DNA from: Octopus vulgaris | Lineage: Eukaryota | Direction of reading: 5' to 3' | Assembly (NCBI GenBank): GCA_951406725.2 | Contig: OX597833.1 | Span: forward strand, 3,100,001 to 3,164,000 | DNA: 64,000 nucleotides | Shown here: piece after piece, positions 49,574 through 63,446 of the stretch | Layout: every line of letters starts with the position of its first letter | Numbering within the stretch: position 1 is the stretch's first letter | Made by a program: the position numbers and the translations under genes | Notes under the pieces: generated by a model | Seen by the model: the letters and a program-made list of their open reading frames with translations, nothing else | What the model was told of the DNA's origin: nothing | The model's database searches: none

Positions 49574-52112
49574 CTCCTATCTATAAATGCTCTAATATCT
49601 ATACAACCTTGGTTTTTTATCTCATTACACAAAATATTCTTATATACACACGTTGACATAGAACCAATGTGGAAACCATTATTCGCAATATTACCGAATC
49701 TGGAACTTAAATATGGTCTGTCTTTAGCACTTATTCAGCATTACCTGACACCTTTGGGTCTCAATGACACCATTATGCTAGGATAGGGCACCAATCTATT
49801 ATAGGTAATATTACGCTAATTATCTCCTGTCTGTTTCCTACATGACAGCTCTGGAGAATTGAGACAAATGTAGATAATGACATTTGAATCATCTATCGGA
49901 TCAATCGTTGATCAATATAGACAGACACATACATATGCATGTATAGGTAGATCAATAGACGCACAGACAGACATAACTATTCATTAACAGAGGCTGTTGT
50001 TGTTGTTGTTGATGATGCTCACACAGATTATTTCAATGTCAAGAACATCATCAGATTTTGTTTGGTTGATAAAATAACCTTTGCTAGCTTTACTGACTTA
50101 ACGACTTATTTACTTACCTGAGCACCTGCCCACTCCTACCTACACACACACACATATACAAAACTAATAGCAAATGATTTAGACATTTAGGCCCATGTGC
50201 ATGTATCTATTTCACAAATTCATTAACACACACTCCCACCCACAGTCATCATCATTCTAATGTCCCCTTTTCAAAGTTTCCACGGGTCAGATGATGCTTT
50301 TACAGGCAGGTTTTCTACAGCCTGGATGCCCTTCCTGTCACCAACACTCGCAACCCCCCACCCCATAGCCAAGCATTTTTTTTTTTTTTGCAGAATATTA
50401 GAAATGAACGACGTTCATTCACAAGTCATGTGATGCCAAAACAAGGAGAGGCAAACACACATACGATTAGCTTCTTATCAGTTTTAATCTACCAAACTCA
50501 TGTACAGGGCCCTTTTATAGTAGAAGGCACTTGGCCAGGGTGCCATGCCGTGGTAATGAACCAGAAACCAAACAATAGAAAAGCAATCTTCTTAACCACA
50601 CAACCACACCTGTACCTACAGGTGTGTGTGTGTCATCATCATTTAACGTCCTCTATCCATGCTGGCATGGGTTGGATGGTTTGACTGAGGACAGGCAAGC
50701 CAGGAGGCTGCACCAGGCCCCAATCTGATAAGGTTTCTACAGCTTGATGCCCTTCCTAACACCAACCACTCCAAGAGTGTAGTGGGTACTAATTACGTGC
50801 CACCAGCACAGGAGCCAGTCAGGCGGCACTGGCATCAACTACACTCAAATGGTGCTTTTTACAGAGAGAGAGAGGGTGGGGTCTGTCACAACCCTACAGG
50901 CTATTTAGGCATGACCGTATCCTGGTTCTAATACTAATCCCTGAATGGTACACCTCCGGGTTTGCCACTGGTTCATGTTTGGTTGAGTGGATTGAGGCAA
51001 CATGAAATGAAGTGCTTTGCTCAAGAACACGGTGCACTTCCCAGTCCCGGAATTGTACCCAGTAGCAGATAAAGGGCTATTTTCCTTAATATATCACAAC
51101 TATGGTCAGTAGTCCACTAAACCACTGAACAACTTTGTGGCATATTCCAAGATGAACTTTACCCTTCATCTCTTTGGGGGAGGGGTCAATAAAATAACAG
51201 CCAGTACTGTGTTCAAATCCATGCTCTGTTTGTGAAGTCAGATCTGGAGAGGGATGAATGCCACCACATCTAAATATACCCAAGACATGCTATATGCATC
51301 GGATCGTCAAGAGATGGAAGTCCAAGCAATGAAGGAATGACATAAATTGCAGGTTCGTTAAAAAGTAATCAATATTACAAAGTTCAATCACAAATAATAG
51401 CTGTTGCTATGACAACCATCTGTCATCTCTGGTCAGTTCCCATTAGGCCACCAGGGTAGCTGGCTGAATCAATATGCAGGATTCACCTGTGGTAAGAAGC
51501 GTGCTTCCCAAATGCATGGCTCTGGGTTCAGTCCTACTGCGTGGCACCTTGAGCAACTATCTTCTACTACAGAAGACAAAAGGCTTGTAAGTGGATTTGG
51601 TGGACGGAAACTGAAAGAAGCCTGTCATATGTGTGTGTGTGTGTGTGTGTGTGTATTTGTGTGTCTGTTTGTCCCCCCACCATTGCTTGACAACTGATGT
51701 TGGTGTGTTTAAATCCCCATAACTTAGTGGTTTAGGAAAAGAGACCGATAGAATAAGTACTAGGCTTACAAAGAATAAGTTCTGGGTTCGATTTGACTAA
51801 AGGCAGTGCTCCAGCATGGCTGCAGTCGAAGGACTAAAACAAGGAAAAGGAATATAAAAGATTATATGCAGCATCCAAGTAGAAGGCCATGCTGTACCAC
51901 ATTGTCACTAAGTATGGTAGGGCACCCAAGCGAGAGGCAGACTGTAGAAAGGAGAAGTTTCCCCTTCCATCTATAGACTGGGGTGGCACCTAGGGCAAAT
52001 GCTAGCAACCCCTCTGCCTCCCATGTCAGGGATATGGTAAAGATGTCATCAGCTGACAAGATGGAGGAGTCCAAGACTGATGGCTAGAACGTTATGGCAG
52101 CCAAGATCTGTA

Positions 52113-52455
52113 CCTATTTCTTTACTAGCCACAAGGGGCTACACTTAGAGGGGACAAACAAGGACAGACAAAAGGATAAAGTCGATTATATCGACCCCAG
52201 TGCGTAACTGGTACTTATTTAATCAACTCCGAAAGGATGAAAGGCAAAGATGACCTCGGCGGAATTTGAACTCAGAACATAGCGGCAGACGAAATACCTA
52301 TTTCTTTACTACCCACAAGGGGCTAAACACAGAGGAGACAAACAAGGACAGACAAACGGATTAAGTCGATTATATCGACACCAGTGCTTCACTGGTACTT
52401 AATTTATCGATCCCGAAAGGATGAAAGGCAAAGTCGACCTCGGCGCAATTTGAAC
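52113..52455 (-). mobile_element. SINE family A tandem dimer
   Basis: Two consecutive reverse-complement bodies. Confidence 0.75.
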
Positions 52456-52743
52456 CACCTTAATAATAATAATAATAATAATTATTATTATTTTAAAGTT
52501 AAAGTGATTTTTTAAAATTCTCAAATGCAGGATAATGCTAATAATATAGCCTGAACAGGATAAACTACCCCTAATTTGCAGAAAAAAGTGTTGGGGGCCA
52601 GCGTTTTTTTTTAATCTTTTTTTTTTTTTTTGGCCACAAGGGCTGCTAAAAAAAAACCTTTAGGACAACACAAAAGACGGTAAGGGTTAATGTAGAAATG
52701 TGTAAACAACAATGACGATGGTAATATTGTTTGAAATACTCAC

Positions 52744-52911
52744 AGTTTTACAATACGAAAGTATTTGAACAGGACTGCTAAGACAGCTTTTGCTGTCGTC
52801 AGTGTCAGCTTGCCAGCCATTTGGTGTTCGGTGCATGGCAGGTTTGTTGCAGAGGAAGGCCACCATCGGCTCAAATTTTCTGGCATTCATGTCCATGTTG
52901 ACAACCACAGC
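52744..52911 (-). CDS. APP: APP-family protein, first visible coding exon (E1 growth-factor-like domain N-term, AVVVNMDMNARKFEPMVAFLC...ILSYCKT)
   Basis: EPMVAFLC...ILSYC matches APP GFLD (human EPQIAMFC...ILQYC); acceptor tttacag|GCT, donor ACT|gtgagt; 168 nt, phase 0-0. Confidence 0.92.
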
Positions 52912-53254
52912 CTGTAAAATAAAGAAGATAAGGGGTTAAGAAACTTAGGGATTAAAACAAGAAACAGTAACATATAAATTCCTTTAAAAAAATCTTATTC
53001 CAAATACTGTAAAATTTCTACATCAGATGCTATATGAAGATACTCAGACACTTGTGATTCCTTCCAATTTTTGGTGTAAGACCTGCAATTTTGAGGGGAA
53101 GGGATAGTGAATTACAATGCCCCCCACCCCGGTTCAACTGGTACTTATTTTATTGAACTTGGTGAGATTTGAACTCAAAACATTAAGTGCCAGGAGATAT
53201 GCTGCTAATGATTCTGCCAGCTCATTGCTTTATATTCAACACATTTATGATAAA

Positions 53255-53740
53255 CTAGCAGTATCGCCCGGTGTTGCTCGGGTTTGTAAGGGAAATAACT
53301 ATATAAGCATTTTTAGAGAGTTAAAGCCAAAAAATAGCAAAAAAATGCATTAAAAATGGAAAAAAAATGATGTTAATTTTTTTTTAAATCGTTGACTCAT
53401 CGTAGACATTTTTAGAGAGTTACTTCCCTTATATAATAGCGAAAAAATGCATTAAAATGGAAAAAAATGATGGTAAATTTTTTTTAAATCGTTGACTCAT
53501 CGTAGACATTTTTAGAGAGTTACTCCCCTTATATAATAGCGAAAAAATGCATTAAAATGGAAAAAAATGATGGTAAATTTTTTTTTAAATCGTAGACGCG
53601 CGCTAATACCCAGAAGGGCTCGATATGAATGACGACTATAATATACCCGGTTTTGGTTAAACTGCACCGCAAAATGTGGGAGTAGTTAGGAATCTAAATC
53701 GTAGGAGACAGACACACAACTTCACTTTTATATATAAAGA
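53255..53740 (-). mobile_element. Non-autonomous Helitron with internal ~99-bp tandem repeats
   Basis: Minus strand A|TCTTTATATATAAAA ... CCCGAGCAACACCGGG hairpin ... CTAG|T; ~3 internal repeats at 53310-53595. Confidence 0.8.
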
Positions 53741-53992
53741 TTACTTTAATTACACACACACACACACACACACAAACAATTACTCTCAGGAGACTAATTG
53801 TTTCTCCCCTTAACAATATAAAACCCAGTGCCCATAACAATCCTTCAGAGTTTTGAAAATATTTACATATTTACATTTTTTATTGGCAAAAATGTTTTTC
53901 ATAACATTTGGGATATAAAATTATGGACTTCCGATTTCGAAGAGGGGGCAAAGAGGACTATGGGGAGGGGGTGAGAAATATAGTGCTGTTAA

Positions 53993-54457
53993 CCCATTCG
54001 TTACTGTATTTATTTTAAGATGCTCTGTGTTTCTTTCAATTACTTAGAATTTAGTAAAGTAACTTAGTTATCATTAAGTTAGTGTTAGGAACATAAATTG
54101 TTACTAAGGTTTGGTGGAAGATTTTAATTCAGAACTTAAGGAAAACAAGATATTTTTACTAGAGAGCCAGAAGTGGTTTCAGCCAGGTTGGTATCAAAAG
54201 GGTTAAGAATTGTTTCTCTATTATATATATTTTAACCCTTTTGTTACTATATTTCTGTTGAGATGATCTGTGTTTCTTTCAATTAATTTTAAATATAGCA
54301 AAGAATTTAGTAAAATAACTTAGTTATCATTAAGCTAGTGTTAGGAACATAAATTGTGACTATGGTTTGGTGGAAGATTTTAATTCAAAACTTATGAAAA
54401 CCTGACATTTGTACAACAGAGCCAGAGGTGGTTTCAGCCAGGTTGGTAAAAAAGGGG
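53993..54457. mobile_element. Tandem dimer of the piggyBac-type MITE
   Basis: Two units with TTAA ends and the same linker as 41219-41934. Confidence 0.8.
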
Positions 54458-56613
54458 TTAAAACAAACTAATGAATGGTTATAAATGTTCCCTTATTGCA
54501 GCTTGTAGATTCATACGGTCCCAACTTTAAAACAGTACATATACTTTTACAGAGAAGGAAATGTGATTGATGGTATATGGCCTGGTGATTAGGGTGTTGC
54601 ACTCATGATCTAAGATCCTGGTTTCTATTCCAGGAGTAGGCGGTGCAGAATTTTCCTGAGCAAAACACTTCATTTCTTGTTGCTGCATTTCACTCAACCA
54701 TAGATGAATGATCTTGTGAGAGACTGACATCCTATCCAGGGGGAAATATTGTGATCTCAAATGCCATGGAAACCAAGTAACCAACACAATGAGTTCTAGC
54801 ACTCGAGACACCAACATCCAGGGGTTGACGACAATGAAATATGGTTGCTACATTGAACAGGTAGTCAAGTGAAACATATAGAAACAATTGCTGTTCTGTA
54901 TGGGGGTCCAGTAAGGTATTTTCATTGAGGGCACGAAGGGACTTGGACAAACTTTTGTTTTTACTTCATCAGCAAATGGCTTTGTTTTATATGAAGGGTG
55001 ATGATAAAAGTAAGATTTCGGATGATTGGGGTTCTTCATTTGCCATTGCGTTAGGTACTTTTCTTCTTTTGTTAGTTTGTCATTTGACTGCGGCCATGCT
55101 GGAGCACCATGTTTTAGTCGAACAAATCGACCCCAGGACTTATTCTTTGTAAGCCTAGTACTTATTCTATCGGTCTCTTTTTGCCAAACCGCTAAGTTAC
55201 GGGGGATGTAAACACACCAGCATCGGATGTCAAGCGATGTTGTGTGTGGTGGGGGGAACAAGCACAGACACACAAACACACACACACATACGACGGGCTT
55301 CTTTCAGTTTCTATCTACCAAATCCACTTGCAAGTCTTCGGTCGGCCCGAGGCTATAGCAGAAAACACTTGCCCGAGGTGCCACGCATCAGGACAGGACT
55401 GAACCTGGAACCATGTGGTTAGTAATCAAGCTACATACCACACAGCCACTCCTGCACCTAGGTGTTAACCTTTTGGCATCTAAACTAGGAATTTCTGGCC
55501 CCAAATATTCTGTTTTAAGTTTAATCAAGCCAGATCTAGCCTCTCACACCTGTCATGCAATGTTATTCTAAAAATAATCCATCGTTAAAATTTCAAAGCA
55601 ATGAGATAACGCATAATTAAATTCAAAACGATGTGAATAATTGAACATTACATTTGAAAGAGTGATGTGGATACTAAAGGGTTAACACCAGATCAGCCCT
55701 GATTAAGCAACCCTATAAGAGGATCCAGCCATGACCATTCCTTCTCATCCCATCTTTATTTTATTTATTCATTTTTTTTTGGGGGGGGGGAGATCAGACA
55801 GAACATAGCTAGGACAATATAATCCAATGTGTCCTTCCATTTTGGAGACAGTAAGTAGCAATTTGAGGTTGGTTTGGCTGCTATTTCAAACAAGCCAAGT
55901 GCAAAACAGAACAGAAGCCAATTTCATTGTTGTTGTTGCTGTATTAGTAGTGGCTACAGTACATCAGTGGTAATCATAACAAAGATGGTGGAGGTGGTAG
56001 CGACGAAGCTGGATGAAGACATCAAACGCTGTAGATAATCTTGTCCAAGAAATTTACTACTAAGTTGATTAGCAAAAGTTCTGACCTATCCTCCTTCTAT
56101 GAAAGCACCAGCTTAATTTCATCGCACATCTCCAATCCTCCGACCTCTATGTCAGGCAGATGGCTTGATGTAGCTTCATCAACACCACCATGACCACCAC
56201 CACCAACAATAACAACAACAACATCAGTTCAATGTCATTATAGCAAAAACTTCCCTACAGCAGTCTTGATCTTTTAAGAAATAATCAATATGTAGTAGTA
56301 GTAGTGGTGGTAGTAACAGTAATAATAGTAGTTTTGATGGTGGGAGTGATGGAGCTAGTGGTGGTGGTGGTGGTCATGGCGGAGGCAGTGGTGAGGCTGG
56401 GGTTTGGTTGGGTTGAAATCTACACGAGTTTCTATAAATGCTGCGACATTTCATGAGAAAGTGTTTGCAGAGTTAAAAGCAGCGCTTGGTAAATACCAGG
56501 AGATTAAGCGAGGTTGGTAACAACAGAACGAGGAGGGTTGGTCACTAAGGCAACGGAGAGGATTAGAGAGTAAGGATTGGCAATTGGCAATAAAGAGGGT
56601 TAGAGAGTAAAAC

Positions 56614-56812
56614 TGATGATGATGATGGAAGTGGTGGTGGTGGTAGTGGTGATAGTTGTGACAAAGACGATTGTTGTGATGGTATGACAGTGGTGGTGAT
56701 GGTGGTAGTGATGGTGGTGGTGATGGTGGTAGTGATGGTGATGGTGGTGGTGATGGTGGTGGTGATGGTGGTGGTGATGGTGGTGGTGGTAGTGATGGTG
56801 GTGGTGATGGTA
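56614..56812. repeat. (GGT/GAT)n trinucleotide low-complexity tract
   Basis: Direct inspection. Confidence 0.9.
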
Positions 56813-57857
56813 TTGGGTGAATAACAAACAACAATTGTTGTCTCTGCCAACCGTAACCACTTTAAGGGATAATTGTCCCTACAACCCGCTCCCCACAAAT
56901 GTGGAAAACTATGGTGCCTCAAGAGTGAAACACCTCATGTGCAAATGCATACATCGACAGATACAAGCATGGCTGCGTGGTAATAAGGCTGCACCTCGAC
57001 CACACGGCTTCGGGTTCAATCTGACTGTGTGGTACCTTGAGTGTCTTCTACTATAGCCACAGGCTGACCAATGCCTTGTGAGTGGATTTGACAGACAGAT
57101 ACTGAAAAAAGATCACTGAGTGTGTGTGTCTTTGTGTGTGTCCCCCATCACTGCCTGACAACCAGTCTTGGTTTGTTTATGACTCCATAACTTAGCAGTT
57201 CAGCAAAAGAAACAGATAGAATAAGTCCTAGATTTAAGGAAACCAAAAAAAAAAAGTAAGTACTGGGAACGATTTTTTCGACCAAAATTCTTCAAAGCAG
57301 TGCTCCAGCATGGCCACAGTCTAATGACTGAAACAAGTAAAATATAACAATATCTGTCTATCCGTCCATATATCGACAGAAGCATGGCTTGGCTGTTTAG
57401 AAGTTTGCTCCCTAATCAAATTGTCATGTGTTCAATATCAGAGTATGGACCTTAAACAAGTACCTTCTACCACAGCCCTAGAGCCAACCTAAATTTGTGA
57501 CTGGATTCGGTAGACAGAAACTGAAAGAAGCCTGCTCTGTGTATGTATATATAATCAAACGAATAAAAACGTGCGTTTATATTCCTTTGAATACACCAAG
57601 GGAATACACAACTTGTTGGCCACCCAATAGTATACCAACAACATACTATTCAATGTAACACATAACATGGACAAACCCCTTAGGCCCTAAATACTCACAG
57701 GATTGGTTTTCTCTGCATACAAAACTGAGACGTCCTACTCAATGTCTCAATTCCAACCAACCATTGGCTGGAATTACAGGCATTGCTCAACTCTACCTGG
57801 TGCATACCTGTCAAGTACCTGATTCTATCGGAATCCTCATTTTAATTCTTATATATA

Positions 57858-58250
57858 CTAGCAGTATCGCCTAGCGTTGCTCGGGTTTGTTTTGACCCTT
57901 TAGAATTGGAATTTTTGAAAAGTAAAAATTTTGCATTATGTAGCTTGTTATTCTCTTTAAGTGAACATTTTTCTGGTTGAAATACACCGAAAAATGGCGA
58001 CACAGCAGTCAAAAGATCATAAAAAATAGGGATTTTCATAGAAAAAAAAGCACCTTTTTCATGTAAATAATTTTTGGTGTTAACATGGTCCGATCTGAAT
58101 CTTTTCTTCTACGGAAGGAAGAGCAAGCCTTCTTCTATCATACTCTCAATTTTGGTCAACTTGCGCCGCAGGGTCTCGGAGGAGATAGTGTTAGTTGAAG
58201 GCTACCAAACCTGCCATACACAGACAACTTAAGCTTTATATATATAGAGA
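57858..58250 (-). mobile_element. Complete non-autonomous Helitron
   Basis: Minus strand A|TC ... subterminal hairpin ... CTAG|T. Confidence 0.85.
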
Positions 58251-58839
58251 TATCAACCGTCATCATATATATATTAGTGACCGAAAGAGGTTTGACGGAA
58301 GAGCATGTCGGGTAAGTGCAACCCAGAAAATGGCCCTTGAGCCACTTATGTATTTACACTCATTATTGGCTGTAAAATTAAATAAGTGTGCATGGCAGGC
58401 TGGCCTGGGGCTAAATGATGGCACATACAAATACATCATCACCACCACCACCAGCAGGATGATATATTTCATATTAAATTTTTAGGGAATGAATCTTGAA
58501 TGTAAACAGAAACCAAAGTGGGGGCTTGGGGGGAGAGGGAAATGTCTGGTGAATTAATTTATATGGTGATGACAAACGTCAGACTGAATGCAAATGCGTC
58601 AACCTGTTGAAATACTTTGGCAGAAAGTTGTTTGGTAAGGAGTTGTGCATGAGAGGAGAGGAAACTGGGGAGGGAACTAGAAAAACTGCCAAACTATGCA
58701 AGCATTTGTGTTTGTTTTACCAGATTTGTAAATAACAGAAATGACAAATCTAGAGGCCAGACAGATGGTTTAGTAAAATATATGGGTTTGTTTGAGAAAG
58801 AAAATTAATATAAAGGGGGAAATTGATGTAGATAAAACC

Positions 58840-58915
58840 ATGTGGCGGTGGTGAAGATGTTTTATGTGGCGGTGGTGAAGATGTTTTATGTGGCGGTGGT
58901 GAAGATGTTTTATGG
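58840..58915. repeat. 24-bp tandem repeat x3 (ATGTGGCGGTGGTGAAGATGTTTT)
   Basis: Direct inspection. Confidence 0.9.
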
Positions 58916-60354
58916 GTTGGTCACGAAAGGGTTAGAGTGACAGGGGGGTTGAATTTGAACCCCCCAAAGTATAACAGCTTCAAGATTTCAATATGATTGT
59001 TTAATTTAAGGATGACCTTGTAGGTGAAGTGTGAAAGGGCAAAATCTAACTGGCTTAAAAGCCAAAGGGTTACAACTGACCTTTAGTTTGTTTTTTTAAT
59101 GAGTATTTCCCTAGTCTTTGTCCTCCTGTACGTAACCATAATGCAATGGAACCACATGTTTGTACTGTGTATGTGAACACACATGAGGAATACATGTTTC
59201 ATTTTGGTTTCCCAACCAGGTGTTTGGTAAGGAGTTGTGCGTGAGAGGAGCCAAACTAGTTGTGCGTAGAGGAGCCAAACTAGATACGAAGCGACACCAA
59301 CAGAATAGCATTGTGAGCAAAACCAGGGTTCTTTCAATCCGTTCAATTGATGACGCATATCATCATCATCATTTAACATCCGTTTTCTATGTTAGCATGG
59401 GTTGGATGGTCCGACCAGGGTCTGGGACCCAGGAGGCTGCACCAGGTTCCAGTCTGATCTGGCAGTGTTTCTACAGCTGGATGCCCTTCCTAATGCCAAC
59501 CACACTGCGAGTGTAGTGGCTGCTTTTTACATGCCAGGCAAGGCTGGCAACGGCCACGATCGGTTGGTGCTTTTTACGTGCCACCGGCATGGAAGCCAGT
59601 CAAGGCCAGTCAGTCATCAGTCACGTTCGGATGGTGCTTTTTACGTGCTGTACACAAAGCAATTAATATCATTTCCATCCAAAAGTCTCCATTGACAATC
59701 TCGATCTCTTGACTTTGACAATACAGCAACATTGTTTTTTAAAAAAAATATATCTAATCAAAAATGAACACCTTGCTTTACAGGTGCTTTGCTTTCTGTC
59801 TACTGTACTTTGATTTTTCAATCATACAGACACAAATATCTAAAGAGGGAAAAGTGAAAGAAAATGATTTGTGTGCATTCTAGCACTAACATGCGATCTT
59901 AAAGATAGCATGTTGGGGGCTAGAATACACACTCATAATATCCAAGGCATTTGCAGGCTGCTTCACACTGAGTGATCAACATAGTTGATGCTTCGCTAAA
60001 AATACACAAACCATGAATATTGCACACGACAAAAATTAAATACATTCTAGTCACAAAATGGATAAGTTATGAAAAAAAACCAGGAAACAGAACATAACAT
60101 GTATCACACTTGACTTCAAAATTACAGCTAGAATATATTGCAATAACACCAGAATGAAAACCCACCTCCTGAGTAAGAAACCACAGACTAGCAAACCACA
60201 AAACCTTCTTCAAACAACCATTTTAATATACAAATGTTAATGTAAACATGAAACTTCGCAACTCAAAACTCTTACATTGGACACACATGTAGGACACTTT
60301 CTTGTCAGTTGACTATGCATTTACAACAAGAAGCTATTGCAGCCAAGATCTGTA

Positions 60355-60553
60355 CCTATTTCTTTACTACCCACAAGGGACTAAACACAAAGGGGACAAA
60401 CAAGGACAGACAAATGGATTAAGTCGATTACATCGACCCCAAAAGGATGAAAGGCAAAGTCGACCTCGGCAGAATTTGAACTCAGAACGTAACGGCAGAC
60501 AAAATATGGCTACGCATTTCGCCCGGTATGCTAACGTTTCAGCCAGCTCGCCA
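60355..60553 (-). mobile_element. SINE family A
   Basis: Reverse-complement copy with an internal deletion. Confidence 0.75.
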
Positions 60554-62484
60554 CCAATCGAACTAAATTGAAAAGCCTTAGTTGACAGCACTAAACTTTT
60601 ATATAGAATCCCACAAAACAATAAAAATAACTGTGGAAGCTTTCTATTAGTAAAACACAAACCAAAAAGAATCAGTTACATCACATAAAATGAAATATTA
60701 AATCTATGTTCTCAACCGTTTGTTTGTAATCTGCTGTTGACAGTTTTGTCAATTACAAAAGCATTCCCACAATCCTTTGCCACCTACAGTAAATCATGTG
60801 AGCACCACTCTTATCATTACTATCAATTCATTCATTCTGATGACGAGACCAAGGAAGCCTCATCATCAGAATGAAATATATGAAAAATATAATGAAAAAA
60901 ATACATGGGGGTCATTGCCAAAAGTTGCTGATCCCTGTTTTGTTGTTCAATTATTTCTGGAAATAATGAAGAATTTACTAATGATTTAATCATTATTAAT
61001 GTGGCATTTGGAATATAACATTAAATTTTTAAAGTTTAATTAGGAACCCTTTGAACATGAACAAGAAGCAGTTTCATATGGGATGGTCACAAAAGGGTTG
61101 GAGTGACAGGCTAAAATGGTCAGAGCTATTTGTGCACTTCTACCCTATATCAGAAATCCACATTAGTAACTATAATACTAATTATGGTAAAGGCATGGCT
61201 TTGGTTCAGAGATTTGCTTTGCAGCCCCATGGTTTTGAGTTCAAAACCACTTGAGTTCAAATCAGAAATGGTTGTGTTCAAGTTCTGCCGAGGTCGGCTT
61301 GAAAACTTTTATCCTTTCAATACCGATCAAACACTGGGGTGGATTACTCAGCTGACCCCAACCGCCTGAAATTGCTGGCCTTGTGCCAAAATTTAAAACC
61401 AGTATTATTATTATTGTTGTTGTTGTTATTGTTATGCTGTCTTTTTGTTTTAGATTTGTTTGTGTTTAAAGGTTCCTCAACAGAATTAATAGGAAGCCTA
61501 GAGTCATTGGTCCGTGGGATCACAGTCAGCATCAAGTATTGAGGGGCCTCAGCTGGGTTGGCTCTAATAACCCAGAGGAAATAAATATATTTCATAGCTC
61601 AATGTTTAATTAAGAGTCTTTTATTATTATCATCATCATCGTTATTATTATAATAATAATTATAATAATCATAATTGCAATAATGATGTACGGCGACATT
61701 GGAAGTGGCAACCAGCTGAGTGACAGCTCATTACACACCCAAACTACTAAAAAGACCCAACATCACACCACATTTATTAACCTACATACCAATATTATTA
61801 CATACCAGAGAGGGTGGTGGTGATGATGATGACTACAGGGAGGGGTGCATGCGAAAGAGAGAGAGAGAGGGTGAGAATGGGAGGTGTGTGTGTATAACAT
61901 TATTAACAATGCGCGGAAGCAGTGAAGTGGCAAGATTGGTACGATGGTCATTCACTTGTGGCCCCATTATATTTCTGGGCTGAGTTCAATCCTCAACATA
62001 GTCTTAATCACACACACACACAAGTAAGCATGTCTGGTGTAGTTGTTTATAAAACTGGGACATTTTATTGTGGAAATATTCACACAGAACTAAAAATAAA
62101 AACTCGTTACAATTTCATAATTACATGCACATTCTCACACACCCACTTACACACTGACACACCCACCCACAAGTGTATATGAGAGAGACTGTGCGTGTGT
62201 GTGTGTGTGTGTGTGTGAGTGTGTAATTAGGAAATTGTGACAAGTTTTGTTTATTTTTAGTTCATGAGATTATTTTAACCAAAGAATGTTGAAGTCCCAG
62301 TTATATGAACCCCCGTCTCTGAAGTTGATAAGAGGCAACTAAAAAAAAAAAGGATTAGTCTTATAGTAAGGGCATTCACCTACAAAACAGTGACACAAAG
62401 TCTGATTGAAGTCCCATACCAGCATGGAAAAACTGGCCTAAAAATGATGACAAGAATGAAGAATTTCTAGGTTTAGCAAAAATA

Positions 62485-62725
62485 CTAGCAGTATCGCCCG
62501 GCGTTGCTCGGGTTTGTTTCGACCCTTTAGAATTGGAATTTCTGAAAAGTAAATATTTTCCATCATGTAGCTTGTTCTTCTCTTTAAGTGAACATTTTTC
62601 TGGTTGAAATACACCGAAAAATGGCGACACAGCAGTCAAAAAAAATTGTAAAAAATAGGGATTTTCATAGAAAAAAAGCACCTTTTTGATGTAAATAATT
62701 TTTGGTGTTAACATGGCCCGATTTT
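62485..62725 (-). mobile_element. Helitron 3' fragment (same family as 57858-58250)
   Basis: Near identity to 57858-58095; CTAG terminus with CCCG/CGGG hairpin. Confidence 0.8.
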
Positions 62726-63446
62726 AATTTGGCCAGTGGCATGTATTTGATCAACAAAAACAAATAAAGGTATAATAAATAGCAAACAAGACAGATTCTT
62801 GACTTGTACTGAAATTATATCCACCTCCAGGGATGGCAGAACAATCATTTGGTGGCAACTAGGATTAACACCAAATGATGCGGGTGATAATTTCATGAAT
62901 CAATAATTCTCCAAAATTGACAAGTTATTAAGGAAAAAAGTAGTCTGTCTGGAGAAAAAAAAAAAGGGACAGCTCTGGAGATGTGTTTCTGTCTTAATAA
63001 GCATCATCAGCACAGCACTTATCCCAGACATGTAGTTATTCTTTGCTTTCAGTGATATGCTGGATTATTTGTAAAACCCTAGGACATAAATGAATCCTTA
63101 TTTTATTGGTTCCTGATGAGCAAAAGGCAAAGATAACAGGGGCAGGGGCAGAGTTCAAACTCAGAAAGGAAACAAACAACATATTGAAATATGTTTTAAG
63201 TTTGACAAATATGCAAAAGTTGTTTTGTCTGATGCTCTACGGGTAGGACACACACACACACACACACACACACTGATGGTTATATACTGTCTTTCCATCT
63301 GAATAAACACACCAGCCAAATAAATGTTTTATTGTGTAACACCATTACACACATACACACTCACCTGTCTGTGAATTAGAAGAACAGGTGTTTCTTCACA
63401 ATGTAGGGTGTCTCTGGTGTAGACACCGATCACTCAGTCATGTCAA

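Larger units (their letters stand above)
49172..49646. mobile_element. Penelope-like inverted pseudo-LTR pair (~200-bp arms) next to (TA)n
   Basis: 49172-49381 is the reverse complement of ~49446-49646; each arm has a hammerhead motif. Confidence 0.7.

Noticed and set aside
56451-56922. Poly-Pro/His/Thr ORFs
   Set aside because: Trinucleotide repeat tract with no splice-consistent link to APP
63113-63135. CTGATGAG as a hammerhead core
   Set aside because: No stem II or GAAA follows; it is a decayed SINE-A sequence
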